Positions 46,321 to 60,510 of a DNA stretch of 64,000 nucleotides are shown one piece after another (positions within the stretch are counted from its first letter, which is position 1; the number at the start of each line of letters is the position of its first letter). Position numbers and translations under genes: made by a program. Source of the stretch: Chrysomallon squamiferum. Its lineage: Eukaryota; Animalia; Mollusca. Location: contig CM022678.1 in NCBI GenBank assembly GCA_012295275.1, positions 10,664,001 through 10,728,000 on the forward strand. The letters run 5' to 3'. A model generated the notes under the pieces. That model ran no database searches. It was not told the origin of the DNA and saw only the letters and a program-made list of their open reading frames with translations.

Positions 46321-48806
46321 GTGTAGATATAAATGAGTGTACATCAACTGATGTCAGTATTACTAAGTATACTGATACTTGTACTAACAGAATCAGTGGA
46401 TTCACTTGTTCCTGTCTGGCTGGGAAGAAACTTGAAAATGACCAGACAACATGTGTTAGTAAGCAGAATTTCTCATTACAAAATACAATAATGTAAAAAT
46501 AAATTTTTAAATATTTTAAAAACATAATTATATTTTGAAATCTGAAGCAACTTATTCTGTAAAATTAGAAATTTTCATGATATTTAGATTATACTTTTAA
46601 TATAATTTTATAAATTTTGTTTTATAATAAATACTAACACAAAAATTTGATTTTAATTTAATTTATTTATTTTCAAATTAAATTTTATTTTTCCCTCTCA
46701 GACCATTGTCAGTGTAAAGCTGGCTGGGTGGTGTGTGATGTGAAAACAACAGAGATGAATGTAGTGTTTCAACAGTTTCATGTCAAGCAAACAGCAACTG
46801 CAAAAACCTGCCAGTCTCCTATCATTTGAGTGTAAGACAGGATATCACAACTTGTCAAATGAATGTATAGGTGAGTAGGGTATACTTAATAAATAGTTAA
46901 TTACTCAATATTAAAAATTTGGTAACAAGTTGAAATTATAATGTTTTATTTAATAAAGAGTTATATGTTAGAAATAATTCCTTATTATTTATGAAATAGT
47001 TAAATGATACAAATGATTTCTTATTATTTAATAAATAGTTATATGTTACAAATGATTTCTTATTATTTATGAAATAGTTACATGTTACAAATGATTTCTT
47101 ATTATTTAATAAACAGTTACATGTTACAAATGATTTCTTATTATTTATGAAATAGTTATGTTACAAATGATTTCTTATTATTAATAAACAGTTATATGTT
47201 TCAAATGATTTTTTATTATTTATGAAATAGTTAAATGATACAAATGATTGATGAATTTTTTACATATTTTTGTGATTTTAATTACCAAAGAAAACAGAAT
47301 GGATGTTTTAAACTGAAAAATTACATAGAAATGAGTTAATTAATATCTCAGTCACAAAATTAACTTTTTCTGCATTAAAATATAACAAATAAATAAATAT
47401 AATAATAAAAATATCATTTTATTCTTGTCAATAATTTTTTATTCAAAATTAGGAGAATGTTTATTTAACACAGAAAATCAGATTTCAGTGACTAAGAAAT
47501 TAACATTGTTAAAAACAAGAAAAAAGAAACAAAAACAAACCCTGTTTGGTAACAGCTAACTTTATTTTTGCAGTTTGAGTCCCATTCATTTTTAGGAACA
47601 TTACCAACAAAAGTAAATAAAGATAAAAATAAAAATCATGTTTTACAACTAATAATTAAACTATTATTAAACAGATATTTATTAATTCATTCATTCATCC
47701 ATTCACTCTTTACCTTCCTCATTTGTTCACTGTCACCACCTTCATCATTCATTCATTCATGTAAAAGATCATTTTTTTAAATTGTTCAATGAGTGTTTGT
47801 TATCATTCTTGTACTAACACTGAGAAAAGCTACATTTGTTCTTGTCACAGTGGTTACAAATTATAAATATTTTAATTTTATTTTAATTGTGACTAAATTT
47901 GATAAAATTATAAACTATTTTATTTTCATTTGTGTGAGAATGTGAATAAATTGTTAATTATTTTATTTTAGTTGTGACAAAATATTATAAAGTCATAAAA
48001 ATATTTTATGTTCAGTTGTGACAGTGCTGCAGTGAACAGTTCGTGTGAACAGGGCTGCAGGGTGCATGACACAGTGGAGCAGTGTTTGTGTAGAAATGTT
48101 TACCTTGAATTCAGACAACAAAACATGCTCAGGTGAGTCAGTTCTATCTGGTTCTCAGGTTAAATTGTTCACTTCAAGCATTCTTAGTTTATTCATATTT
48201 CCAGTGTAAGTGTTATCTCTTTGAATCTGAATTGCCAGCATTTCTACCATTATCTGGGGTTTTATTTTTTTTTTTTTTTTATTATAAATAACATCATACT
48301 CATTATATAATCAGCAATCAGTTTGCAACTTATGTATGCATTAGTAGCTTTTGTGCTATTCAAATAGTTAAGTTAAACTTCTCTTATCTGAATTAATAAA
48401 AATTTCAAAGCAGTGAATACTGTTTCAGAAACTTGTCAAAATTTATGAATAATTTTAATTTTTATTAATAATAATTATATCCCTGTAATTGAAGCTTGAC
48501 TAATTTTATAAACTGCTCAAAACCTCTCAGAATCTATGAATTTTAAATTTTGGTTAATCCGTATATTTCTTATAAATAATTTCTGTGTAAATGATATTTG
48601 AGTAATTTCAGAAACTTGTCAAAATGTAGGAATATGTTTACTTGTTGTTAATGATTGAGATATGATTTATTTGTTTCTCTATTTCAGATATAAATGAATG
48701 TAAATCAACAATATTTACACTCAGAACTGTCACTACTAAGATGGAGGCTTCACATGTTCCTGTATGGATGGTTATAAGTGGGAAACTGACAAAATTACTT
48801 CTAGAG
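46042..48806 (+). pseudogene. Fragment of a multi-EGF (calcium-binding EGF) extracellular protein gene. Exons ~46042-46144, 46327-46458, 46702-46870, 48016-48132, 48688-48806
   Basis: DINECTSTDVSITKYTDTCTNRISGFTCSCLAGKKLENDQTTC; NRDECSVSTVSCQANSNCKNLPVSY..ECKTGY; SCEQGCRVHDTVEQCLC..FTLNSDNKTCS; DINECK..GGFTCSCMDGY. GT-AG exons with frameshifts and lost cysteines. Confidence 0.82.
46955..47250. repeat. Minisatellite, ~39-bp unit, about 7 copies
   Basis: ATGTTACAAATGATTTCTTATTATTT(T/A)AT(G/A)AA(T/C)AGTTA repeated. Confidence 0.9.
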
Positions 48807-51656
48807 GTAGATATAAATATTAGTATATCACACACACATCAACAGATCAACATGCAAAGATTCACACACATCAACATATGCACATGCAAATATTCACACA
48901 CATGAAACATGCACACACAAACCTCCATATACATACATATACAGTGAATTTAATTAACTCAAATCAAATACAGTGAAATCACTAAAATGAAATGATATAC
49001 ATTGAAATGAAATGCAGTGTGATATAGTGCAATACAATAAAATAAAATAAATGAAATACTATGAAATACAATACACCACAACACAACACAATACAGTACA
49101 ATAATTGAACCAAACTGAACTGAACGAACTGAACTGGAATAAAAGAAATTGAAATAATGATAAAATATAATAAAATAAAATTAATAAGATTCATGGAATC
49201 AAATCAAATGAAATGCAATACAATGCTAAATTAAACTGATTTTGTCCATGGAATAAATGGCTTTCTAACAGTAAGTAAAAAAAATCATGAAAATAATTAA
49301 ATCACAACCCATCCCATTTGAATCATATCAACCTTCATTTTACATGTAAATTGTATAATATTGTTTATACAAGTCTGAATATTATTTTAATTTTAATAAT
49401 AATGTTTTTGTTTGTATTTTTTCAGATTTCTTTATAATAAGCTTGTTTTGAGAATGAAAGAAAATGTGAGAAGTGACATTGATTCTAAGTGACTTGTTGT
49501 GTTTACCTCCAAGTTCTTCAAGTTTTCTCACTGTACTGAACAAACTAAACAGAAGAAACAGCAGAAGATAAAATATCTTCACAACAAATATGAAGGACTG
49601 AAAAAAAACCAGTTACTTGTTATGTGGACTGCACTAACTGAAGAATTTATAAATCTGTGAAACTGTGCTTTCAGATTCAAAGTGTCATTCATGCAAGATA
49701 CAGTCAGACATAGACCAGCAGACAGAATGTTTGGACCAGACAGTCAAGTGTGTGAAAAAGAAATTATTTTTAAAATTGTCTGATGTAGAAATCCTTGATT
49801 TCCTGCTTTTAAAAAACTACAAATTGTATAGCTCAAGGGAGATAATTTTATTATTATGATTCTTTTTTATTAATGTACTGGTAAAGATTTATGAAAAAGT
49901 ATGCTAATAAAACATAAAATGGAAGAAGATCTGTTGTTTGGAAGATATTTTCTTAATGATTAATTTGTAGATTACATTATAGGTCAAGTTGTTTAGTACA
50001 TCTTAAATTTTTTTCTATCCGAATGTTTTGGTATTCTTTTATTTTGTTCTATTAATATACTTTCACTTGACAATCAGAAATCTGGGTACATTTATGTTTT
50101 ATAGCAGTCTCAGCACTTTAAGACCTGTTGAAACTTTTTAAATACATTTTAATTTGAAAGTTCTTAGACCATGTTTTTCTAAATTTTTAATTATGAATTT
50201 TGTTGAGGCTTTTCTAAAATTATCTTTTTCATATGAAAAAGTAGTTTTGATGTTGATCTTTTCTTTTTCTTGTTCAAATAAATATTTCAAATTATTTTGT
50301 TTTCTGTTTTTCATTACATATTTGTAGCTAGCATTTTCATCAGACTTGAGAAACAGATTCCTAAGAGTGAGGAATATTTTTATTTATATAGTTTTGAAAT
50401 AATAGTAGAAGTAATAGATGTGATTGTGGAAGTAGTGATACAGATAATGTTACACTAGTCATAGATGAAATAATAGAAGCAAAGTAGTAGTAGTAGTAGT
50501 ATAACTAGAAATAATAGTAGCAATAGTAATAATAGTAAAGGTAATACAAATAACAATATCATATGTAATTGAGGGAGTACTGTAATATTGGTTCTTTATT
50601 AATTTTTTGGTGTGTACATATTCAGTGAACACTATAAACACTGCATAGATATATATAATAAGGATGTTTCCTGTTGCAGAATATATTGATCAGTACATTT
50701 CATATTTATTTCGTTTCTGTGTGTGTAATAAATAATAAATATCATAACATTATAATGGAGTCAGACATTGCACTAGATGTCAGTCTTATCTGAGGATCAA
50801 ATCAGGGTAGAAAATCATATTTATTTTTAGAAAACAAGATTGAATGATAATATATTTATATACACACTGAAAAGCATTCATCTGGGAGAGAGATAAATCG
50901 TTAAGATCTAAGACATTATCTCCTTTCAAAATATTCATTTCTCAGTTGAATTCAACATCAATAAAAAGTCTAATGAATGGTAGGTTTAGGGTTTGATTTA
51001 AGACTTATTAAGATTTATAAACAATTCTTTTTTTAGACTTATATACAATTAGAATTGAAAACAAATCATATTTTCTCAGTCGTTCAAAAAAGAAGTTAAA
51101 CAAAACCTAATAAAAACCCAAATTAAAAACGTCTAAAACAGCAGGAACACGTGCATGTGCATATATCAAACTGCAGAGGAGGGGAGATAATCGAAAATGT
51201 TTAGTGTTTCTGTCTCTGATTTAGAAAAGTTCTGCCTAAACTGATGATAGTGAAACCAAAGTAATCATCTTTTAATGATTCAAATCAAACCAGAAGGTGA
51301 TTTTATTCGTTTTGAAAAGTTTATTAAATCACTTATTTCAGATTTTCTTAGGTTCTATTTATGGACAAACACTGATTGAGATGACGCACATTTACACCGT
51401 TTTTAATGACAACTGTAGAACACATTTCAACAGTATTTAACAATGTAATAATCACAGCTATCTGTGTCAGTTAAATTTCTTTGTTATAAACATCGCTATA
51501 AATAGCGACATTGTTTTACGATAAAATAACTAAATGGCGGTCTGTTCCTGAAACATAACCTGTATAATCTACATGTCTGTTTTTAAAGTAGGGATGTCAA
51601 ATCATGATTTGTCACTGTTAATACAAATATTTATTTATTTATTTATTTATTTATTC

Positions 51657-51714
<58 letters not shown>

Positions 51715-51773
51715 TTATCTCAGCTAAAACGAATGCGACTGAAAAGCAACGGGTATACCATATAATATATATA

Positions 51774-51862
<89 letters not shown>

Positions 51863-52121
51863 TTGTGTGAAGTAAACATTTTTATCTCCAGGGAATAAAG
51901 CTGATACAAAGCAGTGAACTTTAGTGTTGACAAAACAGATTAGTAGGTCTTGTTTCGCTCGCTCGTGTTTTGGTAACAAGTTCGTTACACAAACTTAACC
52001 CAGATAATAAATATTTCAAACTGTGGTCGTTCGAATTTACAATATATAATAAAAAAATTAATTCAATGCAACTAAATTTTAATTAGTTTAAAAGAAATGA
52101 GTAGTAGTAATATTTTATTTG

Positions 52122-52184
<63 letters not shown>

Positions 52185-52752
52185 TTGAATTTTATTTTAA
52201 ATATTTCAAATTCCATTCAGCGATTAAACCAAGTTTTACCTCTGTACACTGAATTACCTTGAATACAGCAAAGATAACAGAAGATTTATTTTAAGAAGTA
52301 TTTTATCTGTGTTAGTCACGCGGTCAGCAATATTTGATATCGACATCAAGTGTTTAATAATAAAGTTATTTGATTTACCTGAAAGTTGAGAACATGACAA
52401 ACAAACAAAGATAAACACGCTATAGGGAAACATATTCACGAATAAAGAACTACCAAACTCGCACGCACACACACACACACACACACACACAAACGCGCGC
52501 GCACACACACACAGAGGATTTGTGGTTGGTTTAAAAAAACAAAGAAAACATAGGACACCAGCTAACAGTCGACATCCGAATAAATCGTAGCTGTAATTTA
52601 CAATGAAAAAACAGCAGCAACGACAACATAAACCAGTTCTGGATAAATCATACTTCACTGCCCGTTTGCCCATCTGCATGCACGCACGCGCGCACACACA
52701 TATATTATTTTAAATTTTTTATTATTTATTATTATTATTTTTAGTTTATTTT

Positions 52753-52783
<31 letters not shown>

Positions 52784-53149
52784 TTTTTTAATAATTTATT
52801 GTATATGTAATTACAATACACAGAAAAAATGTCGGCCAGCAAAATTATAAATCGCCATATGTGCGATCCTTCTGCAATTTATCGAGCGCCAGATTGGTGA
52901 CATTTCGCGTTTACACTAACTTGGCGAAGAAGAGAAAACACACCAGATAAATCAAGTCATATGAAAACGGTAACTTTGAAATACTCTGACAATACAACAA
53001 ATCTGTTCACTGAACTGAACTGGACTTTATTTACACTCAGTCTACGGCATATGAGGATACATTTACACAACATTTAATATAACTGTAACAAGTATAACAA
53101 GTTTGGCAAGTTCGTGGATTTACAATGATGTACGTAATAATAAAATACA

Positions 53150-54450
53150 TACAATATATCTATATATCAGCCAAATGATTTGAGAAATTTCACGATTAGA
53201 TTACAGAAAATACAAAGTTTTCTAAGAACACCAGCTTTTTCAGAGTTAAAAACATTTATAAAATGTATTAATGCTTGGTTTAGGTTGACAGAAAACGGTT
53301 CCTTTTATTCTTTAAAAACTGCTTGTAAATATATAATGCAACTCATCTCCGATGTCATAGTTATTACCTAATGAACATACTCTCTTTTCTAATGCACATT
53401 TTTCCATCATTCAGTAACAGTCTGTAAATACTAGTAATGATAACTTAGACTGCTTTCCCGTGCATTCGATACCAGTAAAAAATCATTCTTACTTTGACAG
53501 TAATATAAACTGGATAACGTCCAAGTTCTCCTTTAATAAGTACAATGGAGTAGATTTCCTTACAGGTCATAACAATTTCATAAAGTGTTTACATAAGTTT
53601 TGCATTAATGACAATTTTTTAAATCCCCAGATCGAAGAATGAAATACATAGCCTTCTGTGCTTGTAAATACAACATGTTTGTTGCCTTAGTAAATTTATT
53701 CGATTTGCGAAAATAATAGCGACATATTTATAACTTTCTATATTATCAAGCGTTGATTTTCCAAGGTAAAACACTTTCTTGTAATCTTTGTGGTTGCAAT
53801 AAAAAATTAAAACTTTCATTTTTTTATGTTTACTGTTAGTTTTCATTTAGTGCAGTAAGAATAATTTCTTTTATAGATTTTTGCATATCCTGGTAATTAT
53901 CTGGAAGGACTACAGTGACATCGGCATTGAGTAAAACAAACAGAACTGATGGATGTATCAAAGAATCACTGAACAACACATAAATTTCAAGATACAACGA
54001 GAATAGTAAAGGAGATAAATTTTATCCTTGTCTAATACCAGACAACAGTTATAATGGTCTGTTACTAAGTTATGATATAAGATTTAATATTTTGATACAT
54101 ATTCTAAATTATCTTACGAATTATACCATTTTGAATTAATGTTCCCCAAAGCCTGATTCTCGATAATGAATAATCAACTAATGAGATCAAATAACTTTTT
54201 TGAAAACTGTCATAACATCATCAAGTTATGTATATATCTTATATCGAGAATGCGTATACATTAATAAGATAAAATAAAATTTCTTAAAACTACTATTTTC
54301 TATATCATAAATACCCGCTTAAATATTTTCCCTGAATGTCTATCGTTTTTTTCTTGTTTTTTTTTTCCCGAAGTCTAAGTTTTACTGAAATAAAAATTTA
54401 ATTACAAATTCTCTGATTTTCCCATCACTAATCGCAGCCTTGACATATAT
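53150..54450 (-). mobile_element. LINE (non-LTR retrotransposon) reverse-transcriptase relic
   Basis: Minus strand reads RIRLWGTLIQNGI..KII*NMYQNIKS, SGIRQG*NLSPLLFSLYLE, LFVLLNADVTVVL (decayed YADD) and KMKVLIF...LDNIESYKYVAIIF. Confidence 0.8.
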
Positions 54451-55774
54451 GAAGTGATAGGTTTTAGACAATGAAGTAATAAATAACATTTATTTATCGT
54501 TTATTGCGTTTATAGCGCTGTTTTAAAAACAATTCCGCATGAATGAAAACGACCTTACCAATTTAGTACAGGTTCGATTATTCACTATCAGAATGGTAGA
54601 AAATGCCTAAAATGTTTGTTAAATACTGTCATCTGTTTTAATTTTCATTCTTTATTTTATTATAAATGTCGACATCTTTAGTGACCACATTTTAAGCGCT
54701 TCATACATTGTCAGTACTGTTTGAGAATTAGCGATTTAAAGCGAAAGTATTGTCTAAACTTTTAGAAGAAATTAGTTAAAATAAATTAATTTAGAAAACT
54801 GAGCATGAGTTCAGAAGGCTCCATATTTATAGCATATGAACAAAATGAAATAAAATATATTATTTTATTTATGAATATAATTTTTATCATTTTCTTATCA
54901 CCTCTAAAACAGGAAATCGTTAAAACTACATCACTTAACCTGCCAATCATTGAAATAACTTCGCCTTGTATGTATTGAACAGTTTTATACTTTAAGTATA
55001 TAATTATCAAGCGTTGGTCCAGAAAACCATAACATTCTGAAATTGGTTCCCGAGTTATATAGATAACTGGTCTGGAATCTGTATCGGAAATGAAAACTTG
55101 AGAGATATCTGGTTATTACACAGTAATCTATATAAGTAAAACTGGTTAATGTTTGGTTTTAAGATTGCACTTGTAAACTGATATATTTTTTGTTAATATT
55201 CATCATACCTGAACTGACACGTTATTATGGAAACGCTCACAAATAATCAGTCCGATATATCTATTTGTCTACACACACACACACACACACAAAAACACAC
55301 ACATATACTCACACACACACACACACACTCACACACACACACACACATATACACATACTCACACACACTCATATACACACACACACTCACACACACACAT
55401 ACACACATACACACACATCACACACACATTCATATGCACACACAAACACACACACACTGTTTCACACAGTCACAACAAATAAACACAGATATTATCACTG
55501 TCTTTTCACACACACACACAAATAAATAAACAGTCAGATATATCATTTGTCTGTGCCTTTGTTAAACAGTCAGATATATCTATTTGTTGTCCACACAGTC
55601 ATAGTACATACACATATAGTTGTTGTAATACATACACATATTGACACACGCATACACCTTCACACACAGACGCATATATATACCTAGACATTCGCATATA
55701 GATTGTATAAGAAATAACAGTTTCTTTTGAACTTTTATGGAAACAGATCAAAGAAAAATGTTTCGTTTAGTTGG

Positions 55775-56640
55775 TTATAGTTGTTGTAATAATGTCATTT
55801 CATTTAGAAACTTTGGTTGGTAGCAGTCATGGTAACGGTTAAAGTTGTTGTAATAATATCATTTACACCTTTGTGGTAGGGGTGTTAGTTGTTGTAGTAG
55901 TCATGGTAACGGTTAATTGTAGCATTCAAGCAGCAGCAGAGCTATTCATTTATCCTTTTGCAGTAGAATTGTTAGTTGTTGTAGTAGTCACAGCATGAGT
56001 TGTAGTTGTTGTAATAAGATCATTTACCTTTGTAGTAGAATTGTTAGTTGTTGTAGTAGTCATAGTCAGCAGTTGTAGTTGTTGTAATAATATCATTTAC
56101 AGAACTTTGTAGTAGGGTGTTTGTTAGTTGTTTGTAGTAGTCAGACAGTAACCGGTGTAGTTGTTGTAACAAGATCATTACCTTTGTGATAGAAATTGTT
56201 AGCCGTTGCGCACAGTCATAGTAGCAGTTGTAGTTGTTGTAATAATATCATTTTACCTTTGTATTTACAATTGTTAGTTGTTGTAGTAGTCATAGTAGCA
56301 GTTAGTTGTTGTAATAATATCATTTACCTTTTGTAGAATTGTTAGTTATTTGTAGTAGTCATAGTAGCAGTTGTAGTTGTTGTAATAAGACTCATTTACC
56401 TTTGTAGTTGAATTGTTAGTTGTTGTAGTAATCTTGAAGTAGCAGTTGTAGTTGTTGTAATAGTTGTAGTGGAAATATTACAAGCAAATTATTCGTCCTT
56501 GTAGTTGTAGTTACATTGTTAATTTGTTAATTGTTGAATTAGTCATAGGCAGACGGATTGTGAGTTGTTGTAGTACTTGTAATTGTCAGTATTAGTTGTT
56601 GTAGTAAGCTAGTATAATTATTAGTTACTACAGTAGCTTG
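55775..56640. repeat. Minisatellite, ~70-75-bp unit, about 9-10 noisy copies
   Basis: GTTGTTGTAATAATATCATTTACCTTTGTAGTAGAATTGTTAGTTGTTGTAGTAGTCATAGTAGCAGTTGTA repeated. Confidence 0.85.
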
Positions 56641-56965
56641 CAGTTGTTCTAGTAGTTGCAGTGGCTGATGTAGCATTATCAATATCATTACTGTGTTTTA
56701 GAAGATATGTTTCTGCCAGTATAATTAAATAATTAAAATTCTCTTTCACGGAAAAATACGCGATGACCGAACTCTTAAAGGTAGTTTTAAAATTTAGAAT
56801 TAAGATAATAAGCTATATGGCGAGTTTTGTTTAACAAACAAAAAGAATATTTTAAAATTTGTCAGTCTAAGCTGGTTTCTCTTGCTCTTTGATTTCGATT
56901 ATTTCATTGATATCTACAGGAATATAATAATTTGTAATCTTTTACTGTCCAGTGGAGCCCTTTTA

Positions 56966-57165
56966 NNNNNNNNNNNNNNNNNNNNNNNNNNNNNNNNNNN
57001 NNNNNNNNNNNNNNNNNNNNNNNNNNNNNNNNNNNNNNNNNNNNNNNNNNNNNNNNNNNNNNNNNNNNNNNNNNNNNNNNNNNNNNNNNNNNNNNNNNNN
57101 NNNNNNNNNNNNNNNNNNNNNNNNNNNNNNNNNNNNNNNNNNNNNNNNNNNNNNNNNNNNNNNNN
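56966..57165. other. Assembly gap (200 N)
   Basis: Run of N of a fixed size typical of a scaffolding join. Confidence 1.
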
Positions 57166-58889
57166 TTGATATTGAGTGAAAAATTACATCTTAATAGTTT
57201 CCTTATACCCAGACTTCTCATTATCTTTTTATCAGGTGCAAAACTGAATATCTTAGTAACCATATTCTTATTTTATAGTAGAAATTTTTACTTTCAGAAA
57301 ATTAATTGATATATTTTTCCATTAGTAATAGGAAAAGTCAGAAAGGTTCATGTTATCTGCTGAAAATTATTTATCTTACTAAAATATCAACTTAATGCTG
57401 TTTTTAATAAAATATATCAAAAGAAAATTTTATTTTTCGACTGTAAAGGTTATCAAAATTTAGTTTAAAAAAAGGTGCAATGTTGTTTTCTGTTACTTAC
57501 CCCACATATTGTATTGAATAAAGGTGCCGCATATAACAGAAAAAGAAAAGGTGACATTGCAGGTGTATATAACAATTAGAAAAAGAAAAGGTGACATTGC
57601 AGGTGTATGTAACAATTAGAAAATTAGTTTTCTTATAAAACGTCTTTATATAGTTAGAGACAGAGTGTAACAAGTAATTTGTAAGACTTTAATTTTCTTA
57701 TAAAACCTCTTTATATAGTTAGAGACAGAGTGTAACAAGTAATTTGTAAGACTTTAATTTTTTTATAAAACCTCTTTATATAGTTTTGGGGTTATGTTTA
57801 AATTATATATATATAAGTATTCTAAAATATTTATAAACAGTAATATTGTATAATTATATTATCAGACTAAATACATTTGAACTTTTGCTATAACAATAAA
57901 TATACTTTCTAATCTTTGTATGATTTTATTTATAAATAAATTCTCAGTGATTCTGTTGTTAGCAAGCAGTAAACAGTTATTCATCAGTAGCATAAAATAT
58001 TTTAAAATAGTAAAATCAAAACATTTAAATCGATATTGATCAAAAAATAATTTAAAACATTTTGATTTTTCTTTTTTCATTCATCTCGTTATAAATGATA
58101 ACAGAAGACAAATATGATCACATTACTAAATTAAAGAAAATTAAATAAAAATAATATCTGAAATAAAACTTAAATTTTATCAGAAGTCATATGTGCTTGT
58201 AATTAATGTCAACCATTTTTAATAGCATATATCTCACAAAACCAGTACCTACCTAATACACTAGAGAGGAAAATCCAAAAATCAGTGTACAGTTTGAAAA
58301 TCCCATCTTGAATTTACAATTTAAAAATCCCAAATTCAGTTTACATTTTGAGAATCCAAACTTGAATTTACAATTAAAACTGCCAACTTCAGTTTGCAAA
58401 ACTAACTTCTGAATATCATATTTCTAAAACTGAGTACTTAAATTCTCAATATATCATTTAATTATTTCATAAGCATTTGTCTAGCATTTAATAGGAATGA
58501 TATTGTAATCAAATTTTGAATAATCATAGACATGCTTTTGTAACTTGAAAAGTGAAAAATTCAATAAGAGTGTGCACGTGTGCGTGTGTTATTCGTGAAA
58601 AGTTGAGAAAAATGCGTATATTCTTGCATGAGAAACTGCACGTGCCTCAGGTAAATGTCACTTATGTCAGTAAAATACAAAGATGTATTAACCTCTAAAA
58701 TGTTATCTTTATTTATCTTTAATAAAACTATTATCACTAAAATAATAAAACTCTTATCACTAAAATAATAAAACTATTATCACTAAAATAATAAAACTGT
58801 TATCACTACAATAATAAAGCTGTTGTCACTAAAATAATAAAACTGTTGTCACTAAAATAATAAAGCTGTTGTCACTAAAATAATAAAAC

Positions 58890-59440
58890 TGTTATGCTTT
58901 CTGAGAATGTCCCTTACATTCTAGGCAGCAGTTGCCATATATGGTCATGTCACATGACCATACAGTTACCAGTTCTAACAAAAGCTCCCAATAGGAGGCA
59001 GTCATGTTAATCTATCTTGCTAACACTCCCCCCCCCCTAATTTCTTTAAAACATTACACACTGACCTGCATATAAATTACACAATTTCAAATTTTCCCAT
59101 CTGCAGCAACAAAAAAACTTTTAATCATAATTTTAATTGATGTAATAAAGTCTGTGATATATCTCTGTCTCTCTCTCACCCCCAACAACAAGAACATGTT
59201 ACTCAGTAACAAACTGCCTGTTACACTGCAGCAGCAACTGAGCCAAAAGTACTTGAAATCTGTAACAGTTTGAGCATGAGGAGAGTTACTTTCCAGAACA
59301 ACTGCAGAGAGGGGTAGGTTATGAGGATTACTATGCTGACCAGCTCTTGACCTAGATCAGCGTCTTACAGGAGCAGCATTTACATCTTGTGATGATGTCT
59401 CTCTTTCTGTTACATTCACATCTCCTCTGTCTCAATAATA
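58890..59440 (-). mobile_element. Duplicate of the Gypsy-like 3' remnant (LTR 58890-59025)
   Basis: Matches 13294-13850. Confidence 0.65.
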
Positions 59441-59475
59441 CGGCAAAATCAAGATCTTGTTATTGATTACACAGC

Positions 59476-59513
<38 letters not shown>

Positions 59514-60455
59514 CAGATATATTTCCACTATATAATAAAGTTTTTCTCAGTTTATTTACAAATATGAATAATTTGCATTTTTATTTGGATCATTTCCTTA
59601 AGGATATTATATACAATATACAAACATATAAACATACATCACATTCAAAAATAACATTACAAAAAGTAAATAAACAACAAAAATAGTTTAAAAAAAAAAA
59701 ATATTTTCCCTAAGAGCCTGAATATAAAAAAAAAATATATTTTTTGTAGAATATTATCATCTCATAATTTAGACAATGATAAAACTGGTTGGTCTTTAAG
59801 CAGAAGTGATTCAACAAATAGGCTCAAGAAACTGTTCCACTGTTTTTATTTGCACACATGATTGTCACAATTCAATCTCTCAGCTTTCTGATTTGCATCA
59901 GTTTCCAGTTTTGGGCCACTTTCCTAGTAATTTATCACGGACTTTAACATCATGATTTTCAAATATTTTTATGGCTTTTTAGACTGCTGCAGCTACTTTT
60001 TGAACATCTGGACATTATCATTTGATTTCTGAATACGTATAATAAAAGGATCATCGCTTGGTAAACAGTCCAAAACTTAATTTATCTGAAAGAAATATAC
60101 TTTTTATCATTAGATTATTTTGTTTTTTATTATACTTTTATTTAATTTTTATCTCTACATATACCCAAATTTTTTATATTAGACTTTTATTTTATTTTTA
60201 TCTCTACATATACCCATTTATTGATATTAGACTTTTATTTTATTTTTATCTCTACATATACCCATTTTTTTTCTTCTCCTTGACATGACTTCTTACTAAT
60301 TCTCATATGTCAGTATTTTAACATGTATCAGTAAAATATAAAATTCTTAAAATTTGAGTATAAGTACAAAATCTGATTTTCTTTATGTGAGACCTTACCT
60401 TCTTTCTGAATAAGCAGTACACACCATGAAATAAATGAATGTATGAGAGAGAGAG

Positions 60456-60510
<55 letters not shown>

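Noticed and set aside
49426-49860. Exon-like block after the last EGF exon
   Set aside because: Multiple stops and no family I can recognise with confidence.
56882-57263. ORFs containing X runs
   Set aside because: Artefacts of the N gap.
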